Shown here one piece after another: positions 12,348 through 24,575 of a DNA stretch of 64,000 nt. Location of the stretch: assembly GCF_006345805.1 (NCBI RefSeq), contig NC_042998.1:161758001-161822000 (forward strand), in the 5' to 3' direction. The notes under the pieces were generated by a model that was given only the letters and a program-made list of their open reading frames with translations, made no database searches and was not told where the DNA came from. Made by a program: the position numbers and the translations under genes. The DNA is from Octopus sinensis (lineage: Eukaryota). The stretch's first letter is position 1; the number at the start of each line of letters is the position of its first letter.

Positions 12348-12828
12348 TGTTTTGTCTTGGTATAAAAGATGGGCTACAGCAAATATTCTGCTCAATATCA
12401 CAGATTTGCTTGTCAGTTGTTTGACCGTAACCAGTTGACCATGTCCCTTAGTGGCTGACGATATGTGCATCTCTGATCACGAGCAGAAGTAGTGGGGGAG
12501 CATCATAGCCATGTGTTGAGAGGGATTCTTTGGGGTTTGAATAATTCACCTCTGGAAACATGGGTGGTTCTTTCAACATCCTTAAACAACCCTTATTCAG
12601 GGACCTTTTGAGTGGGATGGGCTACTCAACCTGAAGAAAATTCTAACTGGGCCCCACCTGCAAGGTCATGTGCTGTTTATCTTGATATGAGATCACCATG
12701 TTGCGCACATATGGTTGTGATGCATGTGCCTGGGGTACCCTTATCAGATGGGTAGTCATGATGGGTATATTGGGCTTCGTATATTTTACCCCAGTGTCAC
12801 TTTGATGGCATGAACTGCTCTTTCACTC
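12345..12828 (+). mobile_element. About 480-bp interspersed repeat (family F) embedded in an (AAT)n tract
   Basis: Complex, GC-richer block flanked by (AAT)n at 12315-12344 and AAT/GAT repeats at 12829-12850. Looks like the 3' end of a microsatellite-targeting non-LTR element (inference). Confidence 0.55.
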
Positions 12829-13250
12829 AATAATGATAATGATAATAATATTTATATATATATATATATATATTTCCTTTCCAAAAGCGATATTTTCAAA
12901 AATGATCTCAAAGGGATTTGTAATCCTGGTGGTTACTGTTTTTGTCTTAAATTGGTTTCATATGCTGGCTAACCACAGCAAATGTGGGTGACACCTGAGT
13001 TAGCAATCAGTTGCTAGACTAGTGATTTTCCTTGCTTGATAAATCCGATTGTCCTAGTCAGGACTGCATAGTTTCTGTAGATTAAATAACAGTATTAATA
13101 ATAATGATAATCAGAGGATGGAGACTTTCTGCTTCTATCATTTTATTAAGCAGTTATTTACACCATTTTATTCCAGTGGACCAATGCTAAAATAATGCTG
13201 TAATTAACTGCTTAATAAAAAATGATAGATGTGGAAAATTTCCGTTTTCC

Positions 13251-13368
<118 letters not shown>

Positions 13369-13471
13369 ATATATAAGTGACTTGCATCTTGTTTTCCTGT
13401 TCACCAAATTACACTCACAAGTTGTTAGCTAACCTATAGTTTTTGTATCAAACACTTGTTATAGAATTCAC

Positions 13472-13549
13472 CCAGTACGATCAAGTTTGCACTCTTGCAG
13501 TAGTGAAGCAAGTTTCTTAACTCTATTGCCATGTTTGATGTCATGAAAC
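13472..13549 (-). CDS. Candidate 78-bp exon (FHDIKHGNRVKKLASLLQECKLDRT or FMTSNMAIELRNLLHYCKSANLIVL)
   Basis: Acceptor aattcttag and donor GG|gtgaat; two frames open. Confidence 0.22.
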
Positions 13550-14685
13550 CTAAGAATTTTTGGCAATATCCTGCTTCTCTATATGCTGTGTGCTTACTTA
13601 TGTTAATTAGAATTAAAAGCTAAAATTAGTGCATCACTGATTTTTCATTGACTTCTCCCAGAGTCAATAAAATACTGACAATATATTGAAGCTTGTAGAG
13701 TTCCAACAGTCTTGTATTTGGCGTGATTGTTAATGTAGGGAAAATATTTTATTGGTTTTTTTTTTTAACAGTAGAGAACTGAAAAATGTTAAAGAAATAA
13801 AGATAAATACAAGATATTTTTAAAACAAAATGAGCAATAAAAAAATGAAAACAAAACTAAAATAATTTAAAGGAGACATGATGGGTTTCTAAGTAAAAAA
13901 AGAAAGAAAATGATAATTTGTATTCTATATAAATATGTCCATATTTGTGAGAGTTCATCTTTTATTATGTCATTAAGATGTTATTTTTTCATCCTATTTG
14001 CTGTTACAAATGGCAAGTAACTTTCCAGCTTTATTTATTTTTTGTTTTTGCTTTGTTTAACTTTTCATTTTTTCTTTTTCTACTTAGGTTCTGCCCCCTT
14101 CTCTATCCCATAAAAGGCAATAATGTGATCATGTGACTTTAATGAAAAGGAGATAAGAAAAATAGCAAAAACAAAAAACAACAAAAATACTATTAATAAA
14201 TTAAAGCTATTCTACTGATTCATCTTTTCTTTTTCCTTTTTTTTTTGCTTCTTCTAATTTGACAATTCTCAAGATTTTGGTTAAAATCATTTCACTGATG
14301 ACATTTTATTGATCCTAAAGATACATTTCTCTGATTGCCACACTTAATTCAAGATCTTACGGAGCAAACTATAAATATTCTGGCTGACAATATCACACAG
14401 TCAAACTTAATTGGATTTTATACTATTTCTTCCTCCAGTTTTCTTATCTTATTTTTTTTCTCATCTGACTGTTATTAGAGTTGTAATGGTCACAATTTTT
14501 ATGATTTCATTTTGCTTTATTATTTGCTTTATTAAGTATCATTATCATCATTTTCCATAGCTATTGTTTTATGTCTTTTTATCTGCTCCTCCTTTCCATC
14601 TTAATCTTATTTATATTAATTATACTTTGACTGAAATGATGTTTTGCCCTGTAAGTATTTTTGTTCATTTTTGTTGTCTAAAGTA

Positions 14686-14687
<2 letters not shown>

Positions 14688-14784
<97 letters not shown>

Positions 14785-14835
14785 ATGTATATATATATAT
14801 ATATAATATATATATATATATGTGTGTGTATATAT
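14688..14835. repeat. Compound (TA)n(TG)n microsatellite, repeated twice
   Basis: Visible directly. Confidence 0.95.
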
Positions 14836-14934
14836 GGGATGAGATAAAAAGATAGATAGGACATCAAAATGGCTAAATTGTTTGAGTGTTTGATAGATTG
14901 CTTTGCAGCATTCATTTATTCATTGCAGTTTTCT

Positions 14935-15000
14935 GTGATTTGAGTTCAAATACCATCAAAGTTAACTTTGGTTTTCATCCTTTCAGAATTAATAAATAAA
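14935..15000 (+). mobile_element. SINE B internal fragment
   Basis: tgagttcaaatacc...aactttggttttcatcctttcag..ataaataa resembles the family B body. Confidence 0.55.
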
Positions 15001-15627
15001 GGAGCACTCTTATTGGTTCTTCTCTTTCTCTCACTGTGTCTGTCTGTATCTCTCACTTTCAGGAAAGAATTGGCTCTGGAGAGACCAGGAGAGGAGAGGA
15101 TTTTGTCAAACCTTAAAAAGTGTAAAACACTCTGTATGATGTATCAATGCCCTCACCTCCAAGGAAGGTCATGTATATGGATTTATGCATGTAAATTATA
15201 TGGGTGGATGCTTTTCCTGTTGCCAACATTCACCTGTTTCTAAGAAAGCTAATGGCTGAACATATCTTCACAGAAGATGGGAAATGAAGGACACTGTTTG
15301 TATGACAGTGACACACATTTACACCATAAATGTGTGTGTGTGTGTGTGTGTGTAATGAACTTCTTTCCATTTCTGTCTGTCAACTCTACTCACACTTACC
15401 TAAGTTGGCATGCAGTAAGAAAGAAAATGAAATCCAATGATTGGTATACAAACTTCTTAACCACAGAGCCTTTGTCTTGTCTCGAATTGTTCTGGCCTTA
15501 CACAACTACATTCTTTAAAGTTATACCTCACAATGATTCTGCAAAACTACCTCATATATATATATAAATGTATATATACTTACAAACATATGTGTGTGTG
15601 TGCCTGCATGCAAAAAAAAAAAAAAAT

Positions 15628-15965
15628 GGGTGGAGACCCCAGTCTGTCAGGAATGACCATGGGATTGTACCCAGAATGTTACCCTCCAAGGAACAAGTCC
15701 AGGCAAAGTGGTTTTTAGAAGACCAGCTGTCACCCATGCATACCAGCCTCCCCTCTCCATACAACCAATGTTATCCAAGGGAAAGGCAAAAACCCGATAC
15801 ATCTTGGCACCAAAGATGTTGCAACTGACCTCTACAGCTGAGTGGACCGGAGCAACATGAAATAAAGTATCTTGTTCAAGAACACAGCACACAGCCCAGT
15901 CTGGGAATCAAACTCATTACCTCGTAACTGTGAGCTTAACACTCTAACAACTGAACTATGCACCT
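15628..15965 (-). mobile_element. SINE family C, tail type 1
   Basis: Reverse complement aligns end to end with 45212-45549 (tRNA-like head, tgtgttcttgaacaagatacttta, cataccagcc, gttaccctccaagg). Confidence 0.85.
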
Positions 15966-16059
15966 GTGTCTATCTATCTATCTATCTATCTGTAATATAT
16001 TATGTTTATACACACACACATATATATACAGACATATTCATACATGCATTTAAATACTA

Positions 16060-16095
<36 letters not shown>

Positions 16096-16945
16096 TGCCT
16101 TGCTCACACTACAAGCATGAAGACAAATATATTAACTATTGATGAGTTTGACTGTTTTTATGTAAATCCAGTGAAAATTATCTTAGCAGCTTGGAAATAG
16201 TCAAATGCATCTGGGGAATGACATATTTACTGGAAATATATACAGTTCCTCTATTTCTCATGTTTATGTCTTATATATTTCATCCTTTTCAGTTTAATGA
16301 AATGCTACATTGATCTTTGTAAAATTCAAACTCTGTAAACTTGAAGTAGTTAAACAAAAACACTCCCAAGACTAGCATGATATTTAGCTGATGTACAGGA
16401 TCTGTAATGCAGGCATAACACATGGGATATAATAATTTGCTTAGTTTCTGGCCATAACTGTCCCATTTTGTTATCTTTGGGATTTGAATTCAGAATCTGG
16501 GACCTTAATATTGATTTATTCAAGAGAAAATTGAAACAGCTTATTAGAATGTCAAACCCCTTAGGTAGAAACAACTTTGTGAATTGGAAAGGATAAAGCA
16601 GGTGCGAAGAAGGGTTGTGTTTTTGCTATTGACTTAGCTCATACTGTCATGTATTTATGTGTGTGTGTTTCTATGTGTGTTTGTGTGTGTGTGTGTGTTG
16701 AACTACTTAATTCTACACTTTTTTTTCATTCTCTATTTATTTCCTCGTATTCCTTTCTGGAGAGCATAGGCTTGAAATCTAAAAGACTTCTCCATTTTCC
16801 CCACGCATCAAACTCATACACTTGCTTGTTGTTCCTACACCTGTCTTTGTCTTTTGTTTTTCAATAAATTTGAAGTATATGAATTTATAAGTATATATAT
16901 ATATAAATATGTCTGTATATATATATTTATATATATGTCTGTATA

Positions 16946-17266
16946 TCATCATCATCATTTAGCGTCCATTTTCCATGCTAGCATGGGTTGGATGGTTCGA
17001 CCGGGGTCTGGTAAGCCATGGAGGCTGCACCAGGCTCCAGTCTAATTTGGCAGTGTTTCTACAGCTGGATGCCCTTCCTAACGCCAACCACTCCGTGAAT
17101 GTAGTGGATGTTTTTTATGTGCCACTGGCACAGGAGCCAGCACAGGCTGGCAAACAGCCACGATTGGTTGGTGCTTTTATGTGTCACCAACACGGACGCC
17201 AGTCAGGCGACGCTAGTAACTGCCATGCTTGAACGGTGCTTTTACATGTCACCAGCACTGGTGTCT
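16946..17266 (-). mobile_element. Family E copy
   Basis: (CAT)n then ttagcgtccattttccatgctagcatggg...ctggatgcccttcctaacgccaacc, the reverse complement of 2950-3115. Confidence 0.88.
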
Positions 17267-17319
17267 TAACTACAATTACCATTCGAATTTTTGATATATA
17301 TATATATATATATATATAT

Positions 17320-17735
17320 GAAAAAACAAGTCAAAAATAGAAAATGCTAAAATAATTTTATAGTGAACATTTCAGTACCGGTTTCGGTCATTTTGAGACC
17401 TTTTCAACTGTAACGATTAAATAATTAAATTTAGAAAAATTAGAAGAAAAGTTTCTTTAAAAGAATATTTCTATAGTAGTGTTCAGATTTAAGTGGCATT
17501 CTGCCTTTCTCTGATTCCCTTGTTTGCACTTGTGTGTTGGAGGTCGTTGTGAGTTCTTGGTAGGGTAGTAGAGGAAGAAGGCTGGTGAGGAAAGGGGGTG
17601 GGAGAATCTGGGAGTGCCCTGATGGTCGTATTTTGAATGGTCAGTGGCGGCTGGCAGTCGCAGTTCAATTCAGGAGAATATTTATATTGAAAGGCTTGTT
17701 TATAGAATTTGCGTTGGTGTTATACTAAAAAACAT
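17320..17735 (-). mobile_element. Penelope-like element 3' end: ORF C-terminal remnant plus terminal repeat with hammerhead
   Basis: Minus frame HQRKFYKQAF...RERQNAT* resembles the PLE C-terminal CRH(K/R)RKF motif. It is followed by a hammerhead motif and a 3' end abutting (TA)n. Confidence 0.6.
17373..17410 (-). ncRNA. Minimal type-I hammerhead ribozyme, U3-A8 variant
   Basis: Minus strand: CAG-UUGAAAA-GGUC(UCAAAAU)GACC-GAAA-CCGG-UA^CUG. Stem I CAG/CUG, stem II 4 bp, palindromic stem III ACCGGU, GUA cleavage triplet. Confidence 0.78.
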
Positions 17736-17764
17736 TAGTGACAAAGTTAAGGGGTAGGAGGTGG

Positions 17765-17895
17765 AGAAGTAGAAGAAGAAGAAGAAGAAGAAGAAGTAGA
17801 AGAAGAAGTAGAAGAAGAAGTAGAAGAAGAAGTAGAAGAAGAAGTAGTAGAAGAAGAAGATGACGATGTTGATGATGATGATGATGAAGAAGAAG
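17765..17895. repeat. (GAA)n/(GAT)n trinucleotide tract
   Basis: Visible directly; gives poly-Leu/His ORF 17725..18114. Confidence 0.95.
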
Positions 17896-17905
17896 ATATA
17901 TATGC

Positions 17906-17970
<65 letters not shown>

Positions 17971-18062
17971 TATATATATGTATGTATATATATATATATA
18001 TGTGTGTGTATGTACATATATGTATTTATATATATGTATATATATATGTATGTATATATATA

Positions 18063-18093
<31 letters not shown>

Positions 18094-18128
18094 CACGCAT
18101 TTATATACATACATACATATATATATAT
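17896..18128. repeat. (TA)n-rich microsatellite
   Basis: Visible directly. Confidence 0.95.
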
Positions 18129-18129
18129 T

Positions 18130-18290
18130 AATTATAATGACAACAAAAGAATGAATAAGACCTCAATATTATGTAAATAGAGAAATTTATCTGTAATTTA
18201 ATACGTGACAATTATTCAGTTGCCATAATAAAACTCTGAGTTTCGGATGTTGGGGTGGAAATCTGCTCCAGCATCTCCTCAGTTATTAAG
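18130..18290 (-). mobile_element. Inverted PLE-type terminal repeat (pLTR) directly upstream of the PLE RT fragment
   Basis: Carries a minus-strand hammerhead and abuts plus-strand PLE coding sequence; an inverted pLTR at the 5' side is characteristic of PLE insertions. Confidence 0.6.
18226..18288 (-). ncRNA. Type-I hammerhead ribozyme motif
   Basis: UAAUAA-CUGAGGA-GAUGCUGG...CCAACAUC-C-GAAA-CUCAGAG-UU^UUAUUA. Stem I 6 bp, stem II 7 of 8 bp plus one bulged C, quasi-palindromic stem III. Confidence 0.72.
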
Positions 18291-18339
18291 ACAAACAAAA
18301 ATGCTATGAAAATGACTGTTAAACAAAGGCCCTTTTTTC

Positions 18340-18982
18340 TGATAAACCCAAGAACTTATACCTTGTAGAAAACAGCACATATTCACGACTCCTACGCAAC
18401 ATTATTAATGATTACACTAAAGCTAGGCCACAAATTTATAGCGAAATTGATAAAGAAGCTAGCATCATCGCCGCCAGACTTACATTAGATAAAAATATTG
18501 TGGTCCTTCCAAAAAAGAGGCCTTTATAATGATCAAGGACCATAAAAAGAACTTCCTATCTAATCCTAAATGTAGGCTTGTTAACCCTGCTAAATCAGAA
18601 ATTGGTATGATTAGTAAAGAAATTTTAGGAAAAAAATCAATGTGAAAGTCAGAAATGCTACTAGGTTAGTACAACGGTCCAGTAGTATAGAAGTCGTTGA
18701 CTGGTTTAAAGCCATTAGGAATAAGAATGAAGTGAGACTTATGCAATTTGATATTGATGATTTCTATGCCTCTATCTCTAAGGAATGCTAGATGATGCCC
18801 TTACCTTAGCAAGTGAATTTATAGAAATTAGTACACAAGATAAGGACATAATCTTCCATGCTAGAAAGACTTTACACTTCAGTGAGAACACAGAGTGGGT
18901 CAAGACTACTGATACAGAGGGTGCTTTCGATGTGAGCACGGGGTCATATGACAGAGCAGGCATATGCGAAATATGTCGATAA
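18340..18982 (+). pseudogene. Penelope-like element reverse transcriptase fragment, at least 3 frameshifts, 3'-truncated
   Basis: DKEASIIAARLTLD; [32 protein letters not shown]; WFKAIRNK...QFDIDDFYASISKE; IIFHARKTLHF...WVK...FDVSTGSYDRAGICE. This is the typical PLE RT series (consensus FDVTMGSYDGAEVCE). Confidence 0.92.
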
Positions 18983-19194
18983 AGTTCATTTCATAAAAAC
19001 CACGGCAGATTGTAGTTCAAGAACATAAAAAAGTTCCACAAAATCAAGTCAAACACATCTATGTCCAATTCGGAAGTTCACTGCTATGGTTCGATTACGA
19101 GTTAAGATGCATCTTGGCAATGACTCCACACATCAGGATGAACAGGAATTTCAACAATTAGTTGTTCTGTAATTAATGGGTTTTTTTTTATCTC

Positions 19195-19300
19195 TGTCTC
19201 AAATTCATTTGAGCATGTCGTTTCCAAATTTCTGGCAGAGCGAATTGTGCCATGGTGCTGTTTTTCTCACAGATGGCGCCCAACTAACCCTACAAAATCA
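19195..19300 (-). mobile_element. Tentative 5' end of a Tc1/mariner-like element
   Basis: Minus strand cagcaccATG-AQFALPEIWKRHAQ with an agatggcgc motif nearby. Recognition is from memory only. Confidence 0.3.
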
Positions 19301-19399
19301 AAATCAAAAACAAACAATGCACACGTGCAAAATTAAAAACATAAAAGGTTGACAATTTATCCATCATACCCTGTATGTGTATGTGTGTGTGTGTGTATA

Positions 19400-19465
<66 letters not shown>

Positions 19466-20652
19466 TGGCAGGCTTCTTTCAGTTTCTGTTTACCAAATAT
19501 ATATATAATGTTGTTTTCTTATCTATTCAAGATAATTTGCCTTAGATAATTTGTTGAATATTTTCTTCCTGTTAAATTCTGAGTCTGAAGTGAGAGATAT
19601 ACAAATAAGATCTGAACTTGCCTGTCCAACTCTAAGTTAAATGCTTTACCACAAAGCCATACTTAACATTCCTGGTTTACTGACTTTGAATGAAACTCCT
19701 CATATTATTGTTTGTTTGATGCAAGAACTTCATTTATTCAAGTATAACTGTCATTCTGCTTTTCTTCAGTATCTTTCAGTTGAACTTTTTTTCTCCTGTA
19801 GCAAACATAGTCAATTGCACAAGCATAGATCCAACCAGTTTACCACCCACATGCCCATCCACCTACTCAACTATTTTCTCCATTCTTTTTACTCACTAAT
19901 ATTTTGATTATGTTTCTTTCACAAGTTTATCTAGCTGTACCCTTATATTAACAAGTTATGACCAATTTACTGAAAAGACATGGGGTATATAATTGATTAT
20001 GTAAATGTTAACAATGATAATATTGCTAATGAATGCTGAATATATGCACAATGGACCATGAAGACACCTTTTATCTGCTGCCTAATCTCACGTCTTGCTT
20101 CTTTATTACTTTTGTTGTGGTTATTATTTTTAAATATTTATTTTATTATTTTGTTTTGTTTTTGTGTATCTTTTCTTTTCCCCCTTTTTAATCTTTACAT
20201 ATCCCTTTTTTTTTCAGCACTGGCATATCATGTTGTTGTTCTTGTTCTGATAGTGGTGTGCAGCAGTTTAATACCACCAAAATCTATATGTATCATTAGC
20301 TTGAGATGCTCCCTTGAGTAGCCAGTGAAATGAATCGCTAAAGACAATGGTTTTCTAACCAAAAGCCATTCAATCCATAATAGACTTTTTTTTATTCTTC
20401 TTTATAGTGTCTGAATAAATAGCAAATTTATCAATGATGTTATAAACTGTTCTCTGCTGGTTTACTGTTAGCCAATGGCAACCAACCATTTGAAATATAG
20501 ATTCTTGCTAATTACTCTGACAACATGTAATTAGCTTGAGACTATAGCAAATATGAATTTTATAATTTATAACCATTTTCTATCTGCATTTTCTGAGATG
20601 TTATGATGTTACACATAATCATGTGTCTATGCATATATGAAATATACACACC

Positions 20653-20685
<33 letters not shown>

Positions 20686-21463
20686 ATATGTATGTATATT
20701 CTCAGTTATGTAGGATTTCTAATTGATTGTCCCTCAGTTTGTATTCACACACGTTGGCGCTATTTTCCTTTTTAATAATTATTAATTAGATAATGTCACA
20801 GATCATCACTAGTTCTTTTTTGTGCCATTTATATATATATATATATTTGTTTGCCTTTATAAGACAGACCCCACTAATTTCTCACCAGTCCTTTCATTTC
20901 TACTACAATGCTTTGTTTTGGTTTTTTCATATATATACAATTTCTTGAATGAGCCATGACAAATAGTAGACAGCTTGGTTTGGGGAGTTTTTTTTTTCAC
21001 AGTCATAAGAATTGGTGGTGTATCATCCCTCACTCTATTATTCTATTCTAAAGTCTCCTGCGTGGATGCTCCCTCCCTCTGTTGCCTATTTTTCTCTCCT
21101 GGTTTTTGACCTTGACATGCAACAAATATGATACACAGAATTAGACAAAGTTAGTTATTAAACACCTATTCTGTGCAAGGCTTTGATGTGTTTATTGTCA
21201 GCTAGTGTAGTCAGTCAACTGTAGTGATGTGTGACTGCTTTTTGTAATTGCCATCAAAGCTGGCTATTCTCTACACTCTCTTTTGTTGTTCTTTTTTTCT
21301 GTGCAGGTTTATTTTCATTTATTTATTTATATTGTTTTGCTTTTTTTTTTTTTTTTTTTTTGCTTTTTAATATTGTTGCCCCAGCATGTCTATTAAATGT
21401 ATAAAAAGATTATACACTGGGAAATTTGAAAAGTAGCAATATTCTACAGCATTGAAATTAGCG

Positions 21464-21555
21464 GATATGGTGTTGCTGGGTCGGGTGGGTGGGTGTGGGT
21501 GTCGAGGGTGGATTGCAAAACCACTGCACTTGCAAAATTAGGTGGCATGCGACAG
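21464..21555. repeat. Short interspersed repeat H, copy 1
   Basis: ggatatggtg...gggtggattgcaaaa..ctg.actt.caaaatta.gtggcatg is shared with 24503-24575. Confidence 0.6.
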
Positions 21556-21582
21556 ATTTTTCATTCTTATCACTATTGCATT

Positions 21583-21690
21583 CACCACCACCACCACCAC
21601 AACCACCATCACTGCTACCAGTACCAGCAACAGCAACACCACCACCACCACCATCACCAATACTGCAGCCACCACCATCACCACCAATAT
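21583..21690. repeat. (CAC)n/(CAG)n imperfect trinucleotide tract
   Basis: Visible directly; source of poly-His/Pro ORFs. Confidence 0.9.
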
Positions 21691-22387
21691 CCCAATCAAC
21701 TCTACCGGTTAAACAACTTTAATAAACAAAGTGAATAGTTTTGATCATCTTTTATTATGGTGTTTCTGATAGTTACAACTAGGTCTTTTTTTTTGTGCCC
21801 TTTATTTGGATTTATTGTTTTATTATTGTTTTTTATTCTGTATTTGGATTGATTCTGGTGTATGAGTGTGGCAGGTGGCAGGTAAGGGTGGGGAAGAGGG
21901 AGGTGCTGTTGTGGAGATTAATAATATCTTGCAAAGGTTTCTTTCTGAATTAATCATTATAAAAACCTTACTCTTATAAATGATATTAGGAAATATATTA
22001 TACATAGTTATTCAAAGAAGTTAGTTTTGGGGTTACTGTTAAGCAGTGTGTTACTTTTTAAAGATGAAAATTGGGTTGGTTTCTTGCTTCTTTTGGTATT
22101 ATTTTGAATCACAAGAATCAAAGTTTTGCTTCACTGATTATTAATTATAAAAATGTGGACTGGAATCATATCTATGACATCCTAAGTGATGTACTAATCT
22201 ATGAGCGAATACTTCCAGAGCAGAAACACAAATATATAAAATGTTAATAAATGTGGTTTATTATATTCACCTTTTAATCTTAAAATAAATTTATTTTAAA
22301 ATAGTGGCAGTTTAGGAAAAGAATGTTAAAGCCCTCCATTTTCTTCTTTAGAAAGACCAATAAAATTTATAAAAAAAAACAAATAAC

Positions 22388-22742
22388 TATGTGGTAAGAA
22401 GCTTGCTTCCCAACCACATGACTCCAGGTTCAGTCCCACTGTGTGGCACCTTGGGCAAAGCCTTGTTAGTGGATCTGGTAGAAGCCCTTCATATATATAT
22501 GTATATGTGTGTGCATGTGTGTGTGTATCGTTGTGTCTGTGCTTGTCTCCCACTACTGCTTGACAACTGGTGTTGGTGTGTTTATGTCCCCATAACTTAG
22601 CAGTTCAGCAAAAGAGACCAGTAGAATAAGTACCAAGGCTTTAAAAAATGTACTGTGGTCAATTTGTTTGACTAAAAATTCTTCAAGGTGGTGTCCCACT
22701 ATGGCCGTAGTCTAATGACTGAAACAAGTAAAAGGCAAAAGA
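22388..22742 (+). mobile_element. SINE A (tail subtype A2) with internal deletions
   Basis: gtggtaagaagcttgcttcccaaccacatg...ggttcagtcccactg; tail gactgaaacaagtaaaagg. Confidence 0.88.
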
Positions 22743-23945
22743 AATGAAAATTTAAAGCAATTTGTTAAAGATGCAAAAAGTAGAAACAGTTATTGTAGAA
22801 TGCTTGTATCATTGTTGGCTTCATAAACAAACTTGGACATGTCCCCATGTGCTGTGCACATGATTTCTTACCACATGTCAGCTTTGACATGATTTTTATA
22901 GCTCAATGCTCTTCCTAAGGCCAATCAACTTTACAATGACCCAGGTTGCTTGAGAGAGAGGGAGAAAGAGAGAGAGTGTGTGTTTTAAAATATATTAACT
23001 ATGTAATGAATATCTCATATCTCATGTTATATTGTTGGTGTGCCAATGATATTAACATAAATCCAAAGATTTTCAGCCTGATTCCATCAACAGCCAAGCT
23101 TTCTCTTGGATCAACTGGCATCAATACCACGTTATGTCATCACTTTTCTAAACCACTCAGCTTGTTGCCTATTTTGTTGATAGTGAAGCATATGTCATCA
23201 CTTATGTGACCAATTATCAATTTAGACTGATGTTATATTATTGAACATCTCTAAATCTTTGAGAATTAATTTCTTGGCTTTGTTACCAGTGGTTGTCAAG
23301 TATGCAAACCCACTGAAAGCTGCTGTATCATAGGTTGAAAAATGACCAAAGAGGCATGTGAAGTTAACAAAACTCACAATATCAGTGAGTATTACCAACT
23401 ATCTTGAATTTGACATAGCAGTGGACCAGCTATGAAGTATATGCAGTTGATAGGAGCATCTAAAGCTCTTACAAGTTGTGATTACTTCAAATACTGTTCC
23501 TGCCAACTGCCCACATCACTTAATTAATAATTGTACTTCATCAGCTAAGAGAGAACAGCTTAAAATTTCACCAGAAATGCAAGAGTTCTACTCCACAACT
23601 GAATTTCATTACGTTTTTCAACTAGAGTTTGCACAACACCAACCTCTGTGACAATCTCTCTACTTTACAAACTGACTTTATTGAGCTCACTGGGTAACCA
23701 ACAGTATAAAGCATGTATGTGTGTCCTATGGGCACAAAGAACCTTTTATAGACTCACTTGTATGATAGCACAGATACCATGCAGATCTACATGCATATGT
23801 CATCTGAACCTGCATGCATCTTACACACACATTTATATTCTGTTAGTTCCTTTTCCATCTCAGGACTAAGTTTACATACTACAAGCATATATAGTTTTAG
23901 ACACACACATACATGCATACATATATGTAATATCTGACAAATTTT

Positions 23946-24155
23946 AAGGCGGCAAGCTGGCAGAAATGTTAGCATGCCGGGAAAAATGCTTACCGATATT
24001 TCGTTTGTCTTTACTTTCTGAGTTCAAATTACACCGACTTTGCCTTTCATCCTTTTGGGGTTGATAAATTAAGTACCAGCTACGTACTGGGGTCGATCTA
24101 ATCGACTGACTCCCTCCCCCAAAATTTCAGGCCTTGTGCCTAGAATAGAAAAGAA
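23946..24155 (+). mobile_element. SINE family B (Meta-like domain), tail type 1, near full length
   Basis: aaggcggcaagctggcagaa..ttctgagttcaaat..gactttgcctttcatcctttt.ggg.tgataaattaagtacc..ggccttgtgcctaga.tagaaaaga. Confidence 0.9.
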
Positions 24156-24394
24156 TATCTAACAAATTTTGTATATATGTCACATACACCCCTTTTGGGA
24201 ATATCTCTAACATACCTCTTTTTCATGAATTATTGTCTTGGTATCAACGATGAGGCCTCATATCACATGTATATTTTATTGTGATTGATCATAGTTTGTC
24301 CTAACTAAACTGGTTTATATCAACCAGTGGAGAATGGGAATAAAACTTTTTAAAACTACTATCATGCATTTTTGTAATTTTGGTTTCTGAGAGT

Positions 24395-24493
24395 AAAGAC
24401 AGGAACCTGGTACAGCTCTCTGGCTTACCAGTTCCAGTCAAACTGTCTAACCCATGCCAGCATAGAAAATGTACGCTAAATGATGATGATGAT
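24395..24493 (+). mobile_element. Family E 3' fragment with (GAT)n tail
   Basis: aacccatgccagcatagaaaatgtacgctaaatgatgatgatgat. Confidence 0.8.
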
Positions 24494-24502
24494 ATACACA
24501 TA

Positions 24503-24575
24503 GTGGATATGGTGATACTGAGGGTGGGGGTGGATTGCAAAATCCCTGTACTTTCAAAATTATGTGGCATGTGAC
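24503..24575. repeat. Short interspersed repeat H, copy 2
   Basis: Homologous to 21464-21555. Confidence 0.55.

Noticed and set aside
12626-12650. CTGAAGA in family F
   Set aside because: No stem II or GAAA follows.
14089-14140. Very strong plus-strand pyrimidine tract and AG
   Set aside because: All frames stop within 50 nt and there is no donor; T-rich tracts are common here.
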